A stretch of DNA of 64,000 bases from Brumimicrobium ulvae (GCA_947504225.1 CANNGT010000003.1:56288-120287); one strand, 5' to 3'. Counted from the first letter of the stretch, positions 19,047 to 30,016 are shown. Translations and numbers: made by a program. The notes: generated by a model from the sequence alone, not told the origin.

Positions 19047-19403
19047 GCTATATTATTTTCTTATGCTAAAATAATGAGATTTATTTACTTAAAGTTTTTA
19101 ATCACACCATTGAAAGACAAGAGAATTCCTTGTCATTGCAAGGCTAAACGCTAAGAAAGCAGGATTTACTTCCACCCTGGTGTAGCTCCGATAGCTTTGC
19201 GCAGATTTTTTTCTACCTACCAAACATTTTGCATGGCGACAACAGAAGCCTAAGCCAAATGAATTGGTAGTCAAAAAAAGAAAGCAAACTAAAGGACGGA
19301 GACAGGAATGGTGGCCTAAAAAAGACCACCCTTTTCCTCAATAATTAACATTTAATCACTGTTCATTGCGTCTTAATTTTCATATTTTTACCGAAAAAAG
19401 TAC

Positions 19404-20324
19404 ATGTTTAGCGCATTGGCCTATTACGTATTGATTTATCCACTTTCCTTACTTCCGCTAAGGATCATGTACTTATTCACCGATTTTTTTTACCTTTTAC
19501 TCATTACAGTTATTCCATACCGTAGAAAAGTAGTGCGTGGAAATATCGAACGTTCATTTCCGAATAAAACGACAAAAGAAAAACGTAAGATAGAACGTCG
19601 GTTTTACCGTCACCTCACTGATTTACTTGCTGAAGGAGCCAAAAATTTAAGTATTTCTAAACGTCAATTATTGAAGCGATTTAAAGTTGAAAATCCTGAA
19701 GTAATGGAACAGCTTTATGCCCAAAAGAAAAGTGTTTTATTGGTTTCAGGGCATTACAACAACTGGGAATGGTTGATTACTGGACAAAATTTATTGTTTA
19801 GCCACCAAGCTGTTGGTATCGGAATGCCTTTATCGAATGGATTTTGGGACAAAAAACTAAACGCCAGAAGGTCACGCTTTGGAATGAAAGTCATTCATTC
19901 GAAGATTGTTCATGATTTTTTCAAGAAGAATACTGAAATCACCTCTACATTGGTTTTAGCAGATCAATCACCAGGTGATTCAAACAAATGTTATTGGATG
20001 GAGTTTTTGAATCAGACTTCGGGAATTGTTTTTGGCCCTGAAATGTTGGCCAACAAATACAATCAAGCCGTGGTTTATTTTAGTCTGCACAAAATCAAAC
20101 GTGGTCACTACACCATGCGATTAAAAGAAATTACTTCAAGCCCACAAGAATTAAAGTATGGAGAAATCACAGAACAATTTGTACATCTTCTAGAGAAAAC
20201 CATTCATGAAGCTCCTGAATATTGGATTTGGTCGCATAAACGTTGGAAAAGAACAGTTCCAGAGGATCTTGACGGACTACGAAAGAAGCAAATTGAGAAG
20301 TTTAACGAAAAGTTTAGGGTGTAG
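19404..20324 (+). CDS. Lipid A / lysophospholipid acyltransferase (LpxL/HtrB family)
   Basis: GHYNNWE, ADQSP, FGPEMLA, PEYWIWSHKRWK. Confidence 0.88.
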   Translation: MFSALAYYVLIYPLSLLPLRIMYLFTDFFYLLLITVIPYRRKVVRGNIERSFPNKTTKEKRKIERRFYRHLTDLLAEGAKNLSISKRQLLKRFKVENPEVMEQLYAQKKSVLLVSGHYNNWEWLITGQNLLFSHQAVGIGMPLSNGFWDKKLNARRSRFGMKVIHSKIVHDFFKKNTEITSTLVLADQSPGDSNKCYWMEFLNQTSGIVFGPEMLANKYNQAVVYFSLHKIKRGHYTMRLKEITSSPQELKYGEITEQFVHLLEKTIHEAPEYWIWSHKRWKRTVPEDLDGLRKKQIEKFNEKFRV

Positions 20325-20420
20325 ATTACACGGATTTATAAATTAAAAAGAGAGACTAAATCAAAATGGACTGAGCGTGCCATAGGTTTAGAATAAAACT
20401 CTTTAAGTGTAATAAAAATA

Positions 20421-20468
20421 CACATTAGACATTAGACTTTTGGTCTAACATCTAATGCCTAATATGTG
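20421..20468. repeat. Inverted heptamer array (ATTAGAC / GTCTAAT)
   Basis: CAC-ATTAGAC-ATTAGAC-TTTTG-GTCTAAC-ATCTAAT-GCCTAAT-ATGTG. Confidence 0.7.
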
Positions 20469-20599
20469 ATCAGATTTTTAGAAGCTAAAGAGAGATGCAC
20501 TAATTCCGATGGTCAATTGGGAACATAGTCACAACTCTTTCCGGGACCAATAAAACAGAACTCATTTATTCACACTTCTTGGCAATCCTTTTCTTACCA

Positions 20600-21157
20600 C
20601 TATTTTTCTTTTTGAAACATGCTCATATCACCAGCTTTCATTTGATGATACGCTTTTGTGAGGTAAGCTAAAATAATTCTCATGGTATCGAACGCTGCTT
20701 CAGATTCTGCACCAACTTCTTTACCTTGTAACTTTAAAAGTAGTTTCATGTATAAAGCTTGAAAACAAACCTCTATCATGTGCAATGAACCCAGGTCACT
20801 TTTCTTTTGAAAGGCCTCTACATTTTCATTGGCTGCTTCAAGAAGCCCAAGGTATTTTTTGTCTTCAACAACATCTTTTAATGTATTGTGGAGGTAAATC
20901 AACTCTGTAATAACTTCTCCTAATCGGTGTAAATGACCTTTTTTCTCTAATCCTCTGCTTTTCATTTCAGTAATAAGCTCTTCATACCATTTTACTGCTT
21001 CATTTTCAAAGGCTTCACTTTTCACCTGTGGACGAATGATGTTTTCACGAATCTTATCAATATCGAAACGATATGCACGAATCATGTCTTCCACTTGATA
21101 CATGTAGATGACGTATTCAGCAATATTACTTTGTAACTTTTCCTGCGCTATAAACAT
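20600..21157 (-). CDS. DUF4924 family protein
   Basis: MFIAQEKLQSNIAEYVIYMYQVEDMIRA, GHLHRL: the conserved Bacteroidota DUF4924 pattern. Confidence 0.8.
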   Translation of the reverse strand: MFIAQEKLQSNIAEYVIYMYQVEDMIRAYRFDIDKIRENIIRPQVKSEAFENEAVKWYEELITEMKSRGLEKKGHLHRLGEVITELIYLHNTLKDVVEDKKYLGLLEAANENVEAFQKKSDLGSLHMIEVCFQALYMKLLLKLQGKEVGAESEAAFDTMRIILAYLTKAYHQMKAGDMSMFQKEK

Positions 21158-21189
21158 ACTTTATCAAGTAATAATCGATGTATTTAAAC

Positions 21190-21849
21190 TTACTCCGCTG
21201 ATTCATTCAGATTTTCTTCAACTTCTTCTTGAAAACCAGACATTAATTCGTCTTCTCTTTTATTCAAGAATTGAATAAATTCTTCTGTCACATCATAAGC
21301 ATTATTGATGAAAGTAATTTGTCCTCCTTTTTGATAAAAGAACAATAAATCGATGTTCTTTTTATCAGAGAACTCCTTTCCGGCTTCAGCTATTTTACTC
21401 ATCAAAGCCGTTTGATACTCCATTGATTCTCTTTGAAGTGCTGCTCCTCGTTGTTGTTCAAACTGTTGAATAGACTGTTGTTTTTGAATTGCGGTTTGTT
21501 GAATTTCTTCAATTTGGTAGCCCGTAATTTCGTTGGCTTGCATTCTTTTTTGAATATCCGCCTCATAAGCTTGATAAGCACGATACTTTCCTTCCAATTC
21601 TTTTTGGAAGTTGGTTTCCTTTACTTTCAAGATTGAATCGATTTCTCTATAGAAATTGAATTGCGTTGCAATACTGTCTTGATAATAAAAAGCCATCGTA
21701 ATACCGGTGTCGTCATCACCCATTTGTTTCTTTTGAACAGGTGTTGCTACTTCTTCATCAGCAGTTTTTGTTTCATTACTATTGTTGCACGCGGTAATAA
21801 AAAGTGAGGAGGCTAATCCTAAAGTTGCAATAGATAAAAATCTTTTCAT
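21190..21849 (-). CDS. OmpH/Skp family periplasmic chaperone, probable lipoprotein
   Basis: Lipobox-like FITAC, long Q/E-rich coiled coil, C-terminal DVTEEFIQFLN. Confidence 0.75.
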   Translation of the reverse strand: MKRFLSIATLGLASSLFITACNNSNETKTADEEVATPVQKKQMGDDDTGITMAFYYQDSIATQFNFYREIDSILKVKETNFQKELEGKYRAYQAYEADIQKRMQANEITGYQIEEIQQTAIQKQQSIQQFEQQRGAALQRESMEYQTALMSKIAEAGKEFSDKKNIDLLFFYQKGGQITFINNAYDVTEEFIQFLNKREDELMSGFQEEVEENLNESAE

Positions 21850-21854
21850 CGGGT

Positions 21855-22115
21855 TTATTGATTTGTTATGTTAGTATTCTTATTTATAAAAGCTTCGTTC
21901 CAATCTGTACGCATATCAACAAAGCGCTTAAGGCAGTTACTTAGGAATTCTGGGGTGATCATTGCTTTAACATCTGCTACCCCCATTACATCGAGTTCTC
22001 CTATTTTATAGCTTTGCTCGAATTGTCCTAACTCTATCTTTACGGTGTACTTAGAGTTGTACGAAAAAATTTGTATTTTGAACCGCTCATGCGGTATTGT
22101 ATCTACAATTCTCAT
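21855..22115 (-). CDS. Conserved hypothetical protein
   Basis: 86 aa (MRIVDTIPHERFKIQIFSYNSKY...FEQSYK); co-oriented and 5 bp from the OmpH gene. Confidence 0.75.
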   Translation of the reverse strand: MRIVDTIPHERFKIQIFSYNSKYTVKIELGQFEQSYKIGELDVMGVADVKAMITPEFLSNCLKRFVDMRTDWNEAFINKNTNITNQ

Positions 22116-22263
22116 ATTATTCTGTTTTTGGTGAATAATTCAGCACAAAAATATCAATTCAATTAGGATTGGCAAAAGGAAACGGTTTTTTTAATTCTAA
22201 CATCATTCATAGGAGTATGACGTAAAACATCAGCATTAAAATATTTATGCGTAATTTTAATCC

Positions 22264-23118
22264 ATGCAGCATTCGATTTATTACCGGTTAATCTCTCCAA
22301 AGGTTCGCGATTTATACTGGCTTTTATTTTCTGAATCTCCACTTCACCCGAGTTATGATTTATCGCCCTACGCATTATTTCCGCAAACTGTGCTTAATGA
22401 ATGGGAGGCGCTATCCACTGAATACTTTTTGGAGCTCGATAAAAATCCTCACTCGATCAATCAATTTGTAGACAGAAAAAAGAACAAGCGTTTGGGGTTT
22501 TATGCTGAAGCTTTACTCTCTTTCTTTTTTCAGACTTTTCGTGAAACAGAGTTATTGCTTCAGAACTTTCAAATCATTGATGCCCAAAAAACAATTGGAG
22601 AGGTTGACTTTATCATTGAATACAAGGGAAAAGTAATGCATATCGAATGTGCTGTAAAGTATTATTTGCTAAAAGACAGACAACAACAAAATGACGCATC
22701 AAAATGGGTTGGACCTCGTTTAAAAGACAACCTTGGACTGAAATTAAACAGATTAATCTATCATCAATTACCTTTGGGAAAACGAGAAGAAATTCAACAA
22801 AAAATCCAAGGGACCGTAAATGCTTCTTATCTTTTTTTAAAAGGATTGTTTTTTACCGAAACCAAAATAGAGGACAATCAAATCACCAATGGCAACACCT
22901 GTCAATTCATTCGTCAACCTGCGGTACAAAAACTCCGGACACAAGCGATAGAAATTTTACCCAAACCCAACTGGCTGTCTGCTACAAAACCCAAAAAAAA
23001 CAATGGCTATTTTCACACCCTTACGTTTAACGAACCTCTTGTACATCCAGAATTAGTACTCTTTGACGACAACAATGTACGTTTTGTGGTGCCACACGAT
23101 TGGGGTAAAAGTTCCTGA
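22264..23118 (+). CDS. DUF1853 family protein (PD-(D/E)xK-like)
   Basis: VRDLYWLLFSESPL, RLGFYAE, TIGEVDFI, HIECAVKYYL, WVGP. Confidence 0.8.
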   Translation: MQHSIYYRLISPKVRDLYWLLFSESPLHPSYDLSPYALFPQTVLNEWEALSTEYFLELDKNPHSINQFVDRKKNKRLGFYAEALLSFFFQTFRETELLLQNFQIIDAQKTIGEVDFIIEYKGKVMHIECAVKYYLLKDRQQQNDASKWVGPRLKDNLGLKLNRLIYHQLPLGKREEIQQKIQGTVNASYLFLKGLFFTETKIEDNQITNGNTCQFIRQPAVQKLRTQAIEILPKPNWLSATKPKKNNGYFHTLTFNEPLVHPELVLFDDNNVRFVVPHDWGKSS

Positions 23119-23598
23119 TTAAACTCCAATCAGCAAACAAACAACATAAGCTTTTACTGCCTTTTGGTTTCCGAAAGAATCTACTTTTTCGTGGGTTGTC
23201 GCTTTTAAAGAAACGTTATCGAGATCTGTTTCAAGAATATCAGCAATGATTTTTTGCATGGCAGGAATATGAGGATTCAACTTAGGTTGCTCAAGAATTA
23301 CAGTAGCATCGATATTTCCAATGGCATACCCTTTATCTTTAATCAACTTGAAAGAATCTCTCAACAAGATTGTAGAATCTATGTCTTTGTATTTTGGGTC
23401 GGTATCAGAAAAATGAAATCCGATATCTCTTAAGTTAAGCGCCCCTAGCATTGCATCACACAGGGCGTGCAAAAGTACATCAGCATCAGAATGTCCGAGT
23501 GCTCCAAATGGTGCGGGAATGGTAACTCCACCAATAATTAGATCGCGATTTGGCACAAGTTGATGCACATCAACACCAAATCCTATTTTTATTTTCAT
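23119..23598 (-). CDS. ispF: 2-C-methyl-D-erythritol 2,4-cyclodiphosphate synthase
   Basis: IGFGVDVH, GHSDADVLLHA, KATTHE. Confidence 0.97.
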   Translation of the reverse strand: MKIKIGFGVDVHQLVPNRDLIIGGVTIPAPFGALGHSDADVLLHALCDAMLGALNLRDIGFHFSDTDPKYKDIDSTILLRDSFKLIKDKGYAIGNIDATVILEQPKLNPHIPAMQKIIADILETDLDNVSLKATTHEKVDSFGNQKAVKAYVVCLLIGV

Positions 23599-24866
23599 TA
23601 TTCAGGTTTTACAGATCCAGAAACATTCTCACTTCCTCCTAAATGCAATCTTAATGTGAAACGAATGGTGTTTTGAAGTGGATTGTTTCTTCTTAAAGAA
23701 GTTAAGTAAGAAAAGTCAATGCCGAACATTTTGTATTTCAATCCTATCCCAAAAGTCAAGTGTTGACGTGCTCCTTTATTTAAGTTTTCATAGAAATATC
23801 CAGCACGTGCAGCAAACAAATCATTGTACCAATACTCTAGCCCTGTACCAATCATAATTTCAGTTAACTCCTCTTTGAACTTTGTTCCTTTAACAGTCTG
23901 GTATGTACCATCTGGATTTTGAATATAGTTCCCATTTTCATCTTTAGCCAAAGCTCCTGGCGCATCGTAAAACGATTGTAGCATTCCAGGCACTACCCCA
24001 ATGTTTTGGTCATACCCCGACATAATATCTCCACTGATGTTATTTCTAATCGGTGTGGTAGGCACCAACAACTTAGAAACATCAATAGCCCAAGTCAAAC
24101 TGTTGTAACTATCTAAATCCATAGTCATCGCCGTTCCAATTTTCAAATTGGTTGGTAAAAAATCACGATCATTTTCAGCCGTATAGGAAATTTTGTTTCC
24201 GATATTGTTCAAAGTTACACCAAAAGCCAAAGAACCTCTTCTACCGGCATATCGGATATCGTCGTTAAAATAAGAGAATGACACATCCGCTGCTCCTGCT
24301 AATCCTGCAGAACTTTCTGCCCCATCAACCATTGCACCTGAGGTCAAATTAGAATAGATAAACTTTCCGTTGATTCCTAAAGAGAATCTTTCGTTCAATT
24401 GGAAAGCATATCCTCCAAGCAACTCAAATTCTGTTGGAGTATGGGGCATTGTTGGTGCTCCAGTATTGTCTGTAAATAAAATTTCTCCTAAGCTGAAAAA
24501 ACGCAAAGATCCACCAACCACGTTTCTATCATTCAAACGAATGAAACCTGCCAAATGAGATAAATTAATATCAGAAGCAAGATTTTGCAGCCACGGCGAA
24601 TAAGAAAGTGAGACTTCGGACTTTTCTTCTGAGAAGGAAAGCATGGAAGTGTTCCAGAAAAAAGAATTGGATGACGGACTTAATGCTGTTCCCACATCTC
24701 CCATCGCACCTGATCGAGAATCAGGGGTAATTTGCAAGAAAGGAACTGCTGTGGTGATTGTGTTTAACTGTAACTCAGAAGCGTCTTTTGGCGTGTTTCC
24801 ACTTTGACCCATCGCTACTGCAGTTACCAACGTTGTTAAACCAGTTAGAAAATATTTTTTTATCAT
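23598..24866 (-). CDS. porV: T9SS outer-membrane shuttle protein PorV
   Basis: ITTAVPFLQITPDSRSGAMGD, SYSPWL, GTGLEYWY; sits in the usual porU-porV-ispF order. Confidence 0.93.
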   Translation of the reverse strand: MIKKYFLTGLTTLVTAVAMGQSGNTPKDASELQLNTITTAVPFLQITPDSRSGAMGDVGTALSPSSNSFFWNTSMLSFSEEKSEVSLSYSPWLQNLASDINLSHLAGFIRLNDRNVVGGSLRFFSLGEILFTDNTGAPTMPHTPTEFELLGGYAFQLNERFSLGINGKFIYSNLTSGAMVDGAESSAGLAGAADVSFSYFNDDIRYAGRRGSLAFGVTLNNIGNKISYTAENDRDFLPTNLKIGTAMTMDLDSYNSLTWAIDVSKLLVPTTPIRNNISGDIMSGYDQNIGVVPGMLQSFYDAPGALAKDENGNYIQNPDGTYQTVKGTKFKEELTEIMIGTGLEYWYNDLFAARAGYFYENLNKGARQHLTFGIGLKYKMFGIDFSYLTSLRRNNPLQNTIRFTLRLHLGGSENVSGSVKPE

Positions 24867-24983
24867 TTAATTTAAATTATTCAACTTTTAATTGTTGTTG
24901 ATTTGATCAAAAATTTTAGTCCAAAACACAACATTTTACTTGAAGGTTACAAATATACGTAAACCCTAAAAATTTATTGTGTT

Positions 24984-27900
24984 TTACTTCAAAAGATATA
25001 ATTTTTGCATTTCTTGCGTTTTCTCTCCATCGGGATTTTTGATGCTTACTCTGTAAACATAAACACCTTTTGCCAATTGGTCTCCGAAATCATCTCTTCC
25101 ATCCCACGGAATCCCTTCTGTTCTAAACCCTCTAGTTTCAACCGTTTGATTGATTGTTTTTACCAAACGGCCAGTCACCGTATAGATTTCGATTTGCGCT
25201 TCTAAAGCCGCACAAACTTGATTGTGTTCGAAGAAGAATTCGGTATGTGTTGTAAATGGATTTGGATAGTTTAAAACATGATCTAAAGCAATTTCTTTCT
25301 GCTCATGCACTGTAAACTCAATTGATTTTTCACTAGAATTATTGTTGACGTCCCAAGCTTTAAAGGTTAAAGTATGTAAACCTGGTGTCAATTGACTCAT
25401 TTGATATCGCAACTTTCCACTTTTATAGGTATCTAAATCAGACTCATAAAACTCATTTAACACCCTTGCTTCGCTCGTATTAGCATCAAGAATCATGGTG
25501 ATATCGTGTCCTATTCCATTCCCTACAGTATTGATTCCACTTTCATCATACAAATGCGCAATTAGAATTGGCGTTTCATCCGTAATTCCACCATTCACAA
25601 AACTTTCATCATTAAGGAACAGTTCAATTTGTGGTCCCTCTTGGTCGTTCAACCCTGTGGTATCAATTCCACCAATAAAAAAGTCAGTAGAGTACCCACC
25701 TGCGTTAACATTTCCATTACTCCACGAATAGAAGCTCGCTTTTCCTTTACCATAATTATAGTCTATGTCCTTTGGCACAATGAACTCATAATCAAAAACT
25801 CCGCTCTTCACTGTCGCCTTCCCTTTAAAGAGCACATTCTCTTGCACATCAAAAGGAATAACAGGTGAAGTAGCGTCTTGCCCCAAAGTCGACCTTTGTC
25901 TTACTTTATCATATACAGAAGGTTGAATCACTCCATTGAACCCTGTCAAATGGTTTCCATATTGATCTTCAATATGACCACGCATCCTCACTTTTGACAA
26001 GGCGCGAATGGTATCATTTTCGATATTCACATCCACATTATTAATACTGTCAAGGACAACCTTTTCGTAAGGCAATGCAATTTTCAAAGCAGGATCCCCA
26101 AGAAGCATGAAGCTCCTTTTATTATTCGAACCTCCCAAAACACCATTTTTAGTTCTTAAAATAATTTCACCAAAGGTAAGGGGCGATTCGTTTGCGTCAC
26201 GTGTATACACATTACTAAAAAACGCAGCCGTTGTTACAGAATTTGTTGAAAAATACACCGCTCTAGTCGTTGTCATTAGGGCAATTGCACCACCAATTTC
26301 GTTTAACGCCATCCACTCACCAATTGAAACCATTTCATTATCATCAATACGTGCAAATTCACAAGTTGCCGAAACAAAAAGGGTCAATTTATCAATGTTT
26401 TGATAAGCTTGCACCTCTCCAATGGTCATAATCCTTTCTTGGGCCGCACCTTTTGAACCTCCGTGCCCTACAAAACATGTTACCAAAGCACCTGACTCAA
26501 TACTTCTATTGATTTCATGATTCACTTCTGGATACCTTTCTCCTCCTGCGGTCGTAATTTGGGTATACGCATCTGCATAAATCTTTTTCACATTCATTTC
26601 CGGATGATTTGTGGCAACATAATTTGATGCTGGTTCTAGATCTAGATTAACAAAATATCCGTTCTCTTCATCATCTGCGATTAAAGTGTATTTCAATCTC
26701 CAGTCTCCATGGGTTGTGATATAACCGTCTTCGCTGCAAGCCAAGTCCTCAGAATAAATTTCAGAACCATTCTTCATGTAGTGTTCGATTTTATTGACTA
26801 AAGTTACAGCATCCTTTTGGGTTGTGGCAACCAGACGACCTACAGCGATATCCAATAAATCATTGGGTGAAAATTCTTCTGAATCATCTAAAAATCCGAA
26901 GTAGTCATCAGAAACAAGAGCTGCTGTATAATTTTCAGAATTGACAGTTTCATAAACAGGAACCATATAATTATTGTTACTCACTCGATTCAAAGGATCA
27001 TAAGTTCCGTCTCCAAACAAGGTTAAATACTTTGGTTGCAATAACGGATCCCCTCCTGCCCTATCATAAAACATTTTAGCGAAAAACTTTATTGCCGTTG
27101 GATCTTGAGTTCCTCCTGAAAACTCATTGTAAACTTGGTTTGTCGTCACAACATGGACCGTCAACCCATTATTTCTATGTAAATCTGCTAATCTATTCGC
27201 TTGACTTAAAAAAGACTGATGTGTAACGATAAGATAATCAGCTTGACTTAAGCCATGTAAATCTTGATGAGCAACACGCCCCACGAAGGTGGGCACTTTA
27301 AAATTCGTACCTTCGAAAGCAATAAAACTCCTTAAGCTATCGGCATTCACCTTAAAACTGTAGGTACTACCACTTAAAGTTCCTGAAACCAATCGAGGTG
27401 TCGTAGGGTTACTTATCTCCAAAACCTTCCCATTATTAGGAAAATTAGATATTTGCATTTCTGCAACATTCCCTGCTCCAACCGAACTTAAATCCCTGAA
27501 CTGAATACCGTTAAAATACCTCAAATAACTTTTTGCATTTACCTCTAAGAAATCTAAATAACCTGCATCAGATGGCGAGACACGATTAAAACTCACTTGA
27601 AGCGAGAAAGTACTAGAGCTAGGATTAAACGCACCAGGCGCAGAAACAAAACCACCTCTAGAATAACTATCGTCACTCGTACCGTTCAAAATTGCCGTTC
27701 CTACAAGGGAATTATTATAGCGTACTTGAAAATTCGTATTCCCGTTGTTACTGCCGTTTTTTGCAGCCATAAATCCTCGAACTCTAGCGGGTTCACTAGG
27801 GTTCAAATTCGGGATATTCAAAGAAAATGATTGGGTTAGATTAGCATCGAAGGTTTCACCATACCAACGCTGTCCAGTTTTCATTAAGTTTATGGTTTCT

Positions 27901-28850
27901 TTTTCATGAATGGCATAAGAATCATAATTGGTTACCACATGAGAAGCAGGTTGATTTGTCAGCACTGCGTTTTGAACTCTAGCCGGTGGCTCATTCGAGT
28001 TAACATTGATATAATAGGCAGAATATCTTGCATAATTATTTAGCACCCTAACAAAAGCACCGCTGCTGACCTCCCATTTATCGGGACCTTTTCCATAGAA
28101 CAAAATGTAATCTCCAGCATCGAAAGACCCATCTCCATCCCCCACCAAAACAATGTCGTTTTTCAATAAATCATCAGGTCTGTATTCACTATTTAATTCT
28201 GGTAATTTCCCAAAACCATTACCATAGATATTGATATCGTCAGGATTCAAATTATCGACATCAATTCCAATGGATTTCAAAAAATTATAATCCATCTTGT
28301 GCACGCCATCCTCTTTTACCGAAACCTTATACCACTGCCCACTTCCACTTCTTAAAACTGATGAAGCGGCAAAAGTCGTAGCTTTATTGACATTCAAGGA
28401 ATAAGTAGAGTGCTTAAAAGTAATCGAAGTAATTTTCCTCACCTCACCATTCACCATCACAAAAGGGACCATAGAAAGAACCGCAGTAGACTTACCCTGC
28501 CTACTGTTATTTTTTAATTCAAATACAGGAACAGGCTCAACCTGAATGGAAAAAGTATTCAAAAAATCTTTAGTTATCTGACTGACTGAAGCAGTTTGAT
28601 AGCTCAACATTTCAAAACGCCATTGAGAAGACGCGTTCGACCTTTTAAACTCTTGAAGAAATAAAAATTCATTTTCACTCACAAATGAATTTTCAAGGCC
28701 TGGATAAAGGTACTCTTTGGTTGAGCTCGTCATCACTCCTGGAGCTTCATTCCAGTTCAACTGGACATCAACTTCTTGTTGGCCGAAACTGTAAAATGAA
28801 AAAAGTAGTAACCAAAAACAAATTGAACGTTTATAAATTAGGTCCATCAT
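24984..28850 (-). CDS. porU: T9SS sortase PorU (C25 family)
   Basis: WYKVSV...GVHK, FVGHGG (His), SATCEF (Cys), LLGDPAL, C-terminal YPNPF CTD. Confidence 0.95.
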   Translation of the reverse strand: MMDLIYKRSICFWLLLFSFYSFGQQEVDVQLNWNEAPGVMTSSTKEYLYPGLENSFVSENEFLFLQEFKRSNASSQWRFEMLSYQTASVSQITKDFLNTFSIQVEPVPVFELKNNSRQGKSTAVLSMVPFVMVNGEVRKITSITFKHSTYSLNVNKATTFAASSVLRSGSGQWYKVSVKEDGVHKMDYNFLKSIGIDVDNLNPDDINIYGNGFGKLPELNSEYRPDDLLKNDIVLVGDGDGSFDAGDYILFYGKGPDKWEVSSGAFVRVLNNYARYSAYYINVNSNEPPARVQNAVLTNQPASHVVTNYDSYAIHEKETINLMKTGQRWYGETFDANLTQSFSLNIPNLNPSEPARVRGFMAAKNGSNNGNTNFQVRYNNSLVGTAILNGTSDDSYSRGGFVSAPGAFNPSSSTFSLQVSFNRVSPSDAGYLDFLEVNAKSYLRYFNGIQFRDLSSVGAGNVAEMQISNFPNNGKVLEISNPTTPRLVSGTLSGSTYSFKVNADSLRSFIAFEGTNFKVPTFVGRVAHQDLHGLSQADYLIVTHQSFLSQANRLADLHRNNGLTVHVVTTNQVYNEFSGGTQDPTAIKFFAKMFYDRAGGDPLLQPKYLTLFGDGTYDPLNRVSNNNYMVPVYETVNSENYTAALVSDDYFGFLDDSEEFSPNDLLDIAVGRLVATTQKDAVTLVNKIEHYMKNGSEIYSEDLACSEDGYITTHGDWRLKYTLIADDEENGYFVNLDLEPASNYVATNHPEMNVKKIYADAYTQITTAGGERYPEVNHEINRSIESGALVTCFVGHGGSKGAAQERIMTIGEVQAYQNIDKLTLFVSATCEFARIDDNEMVSIGEWMALNEIGGAIALMTTTRAVYFSTNSVTTAAFFSNVYTRDANESPLTFGEIILRTKNGVLGGSNNKRSFMLLGDPALKIALPYEKVVLDSINNVDVNIENDTIRALSKVRMRGHIEDQYGNHLTGFNGVIQPSVYDKVRQRSTLGQDATSPVIPFDVQENVLFKGKATVKSGVFDYEFIVPKDIDYNYGKGKASFYSWSNGNVNAGGYSTDFFIGGIDTTGLNDQEGPQIELFLNDESFVNGGITDETPILIAHLYDESGINTVGNGIGHDITMILDANTSEARVLNEFYESDLDTYKSGKLRYQMSQLTPGLHTLTFKAWDVNNNSSEKSIEFTVHEQKEIALDHVLNYPNPFTTHTEFFFEHNQVCAALEAQIEIYTVTGRLVKTINQTVETRGFRTEGIPWDGRDDFGDQLAKGVYVYRVSIKNPDGEKTQEMQKLYLLK

Positions 28851-29032
28851 TCTATTCTATATTTAATACAAAACGCCAAAGCTCATAAAAAAGTTTAAAA
28901 GTGGAGCGTTAATTTCAATAATCAAACGCAAACATCGTCAACATATTTTAAAAGAACTTTGTTTTTTTTGTAACTATAAGGGAATTTTTTCGTAAAATTG
29001 AAAGTTGTTTGTGTATTATGTAAAAGTAAACT

Positions 29033-30016
29033 ATGCTTAAAAATAATTTATTAACCCTATTGCTACTGTCTATAGTCCTCACAATTAGCGGACTATCTTC
29101 AAAAGCATATGCTCAAGATCCTCAGTTTTCGCAGTTCTATGCGAATCCGATATATTTGAATCCGGCCTTTGCAGGAAGTCATGGTTGTCCACGATTTGCT
29201 GTTAACTACAGAAATCAATGGCCTGCATTATCAGGAACTTTCGTAACCTACTCCGCTTCTTACGATCAATATTTCAAAAGCATTGCTGGGGGAGTTGGAG
29301 TTATTGCAACCCATGACCAACAGGGAAAAGGTACCATCAACACAACAACTTTAAGCTTAATTTACAACTATCATTTAAAAGTCAACCGTAAATTCACAAT
29401 GATGTTTGCTGGTAAAGCAACATGGAATCAAAAGTTCTTGGATTGGGACAAGTTGACATTCGGAGATATGATTGACCCACGAAGAGGATTTATTTATGCG
29501 ACTGGAGATGTTCCACGAGGAGGATCAAAAGGATTTTTTGATGCTTCAGCCGGAATGGTTGGATTTACCGATCAGTTTTTCTTTGGAGTTTCTGCTCATC
29601 ATTTAAACATGCCGAACGAATCGATGATTGTAGGAAATAGCCCTATGCCTATTCGTTTGACTGGTCACATGGGAGCGAGTATTCCACTTGGAGGGAAATC
29701 ACAGTACACCAATGAGACATCAATTATGCCCAACGTTATTTATCAATACCAACAAGGATTTATGGAATTGATGTTAGGAACATATATTAAATACGGTGCA
29801 TTTACGGCAGGAGCTTGGTTCCGTTCAAGAGATGCATTTATATTATCATTAGGAGTAAACACAGGAACAATAAAAGTTGGATATAGTTACGATGTAACAG
29901 TATCCAAGCTAAACAATGGTGTTTCAGGAGGTTCACATGAAGTTTCTTTAGGATTCGACTTGAACTGCAAGACAAAACAACCAAGTTTTAGAACGGTTTC
30001 GTGTCCATCTTTTTAA
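29033..30016 (+). CDS. PorP/SprF family T9SS outer-membrane protein
   Basis: AQDPQFSQFYANPIYLNPAFAG, NYRNQWP, GYSYDVTVSKL...GSHEVSL. Confidence 0.92.
   Translation: MLKNNLLTLLLLSIVLTISGLSSKAYAQDPQFSQFYANPIYLNPAFAGSHGCPRFAVNYRNQWPALSGTFVTYSASYDQYFKSIAGGVGVIATHDQQGKGTINTTTLSLIYNYHLKVNRKFTMMFAGKATWNQKFLDWDKLTFGDMIDPRRGFIYATGDVPRGGSKGFFDASAGMVGFTDQFFFGVSAHHLNMPNESMIVGNSPMPIRLTGHMGASIPLGGKSQYTNETSIMPNVIYQYQQGFMELMLGTYIKYGAFTAGAWFRSRDAFILSLGVNTGTIKVGYSYDVTVSKLNNGVSGGSHEVSLGFDLNCKTKQPSFRTVSCPSF

Noticed and set aside
19141-19170. SRP RNA (AAGAAAGCAG resembles GGAAGCAG)
   Set aside because: The complementary CAGG strand and GNRA loop of domain IV are not present in the right geometry.
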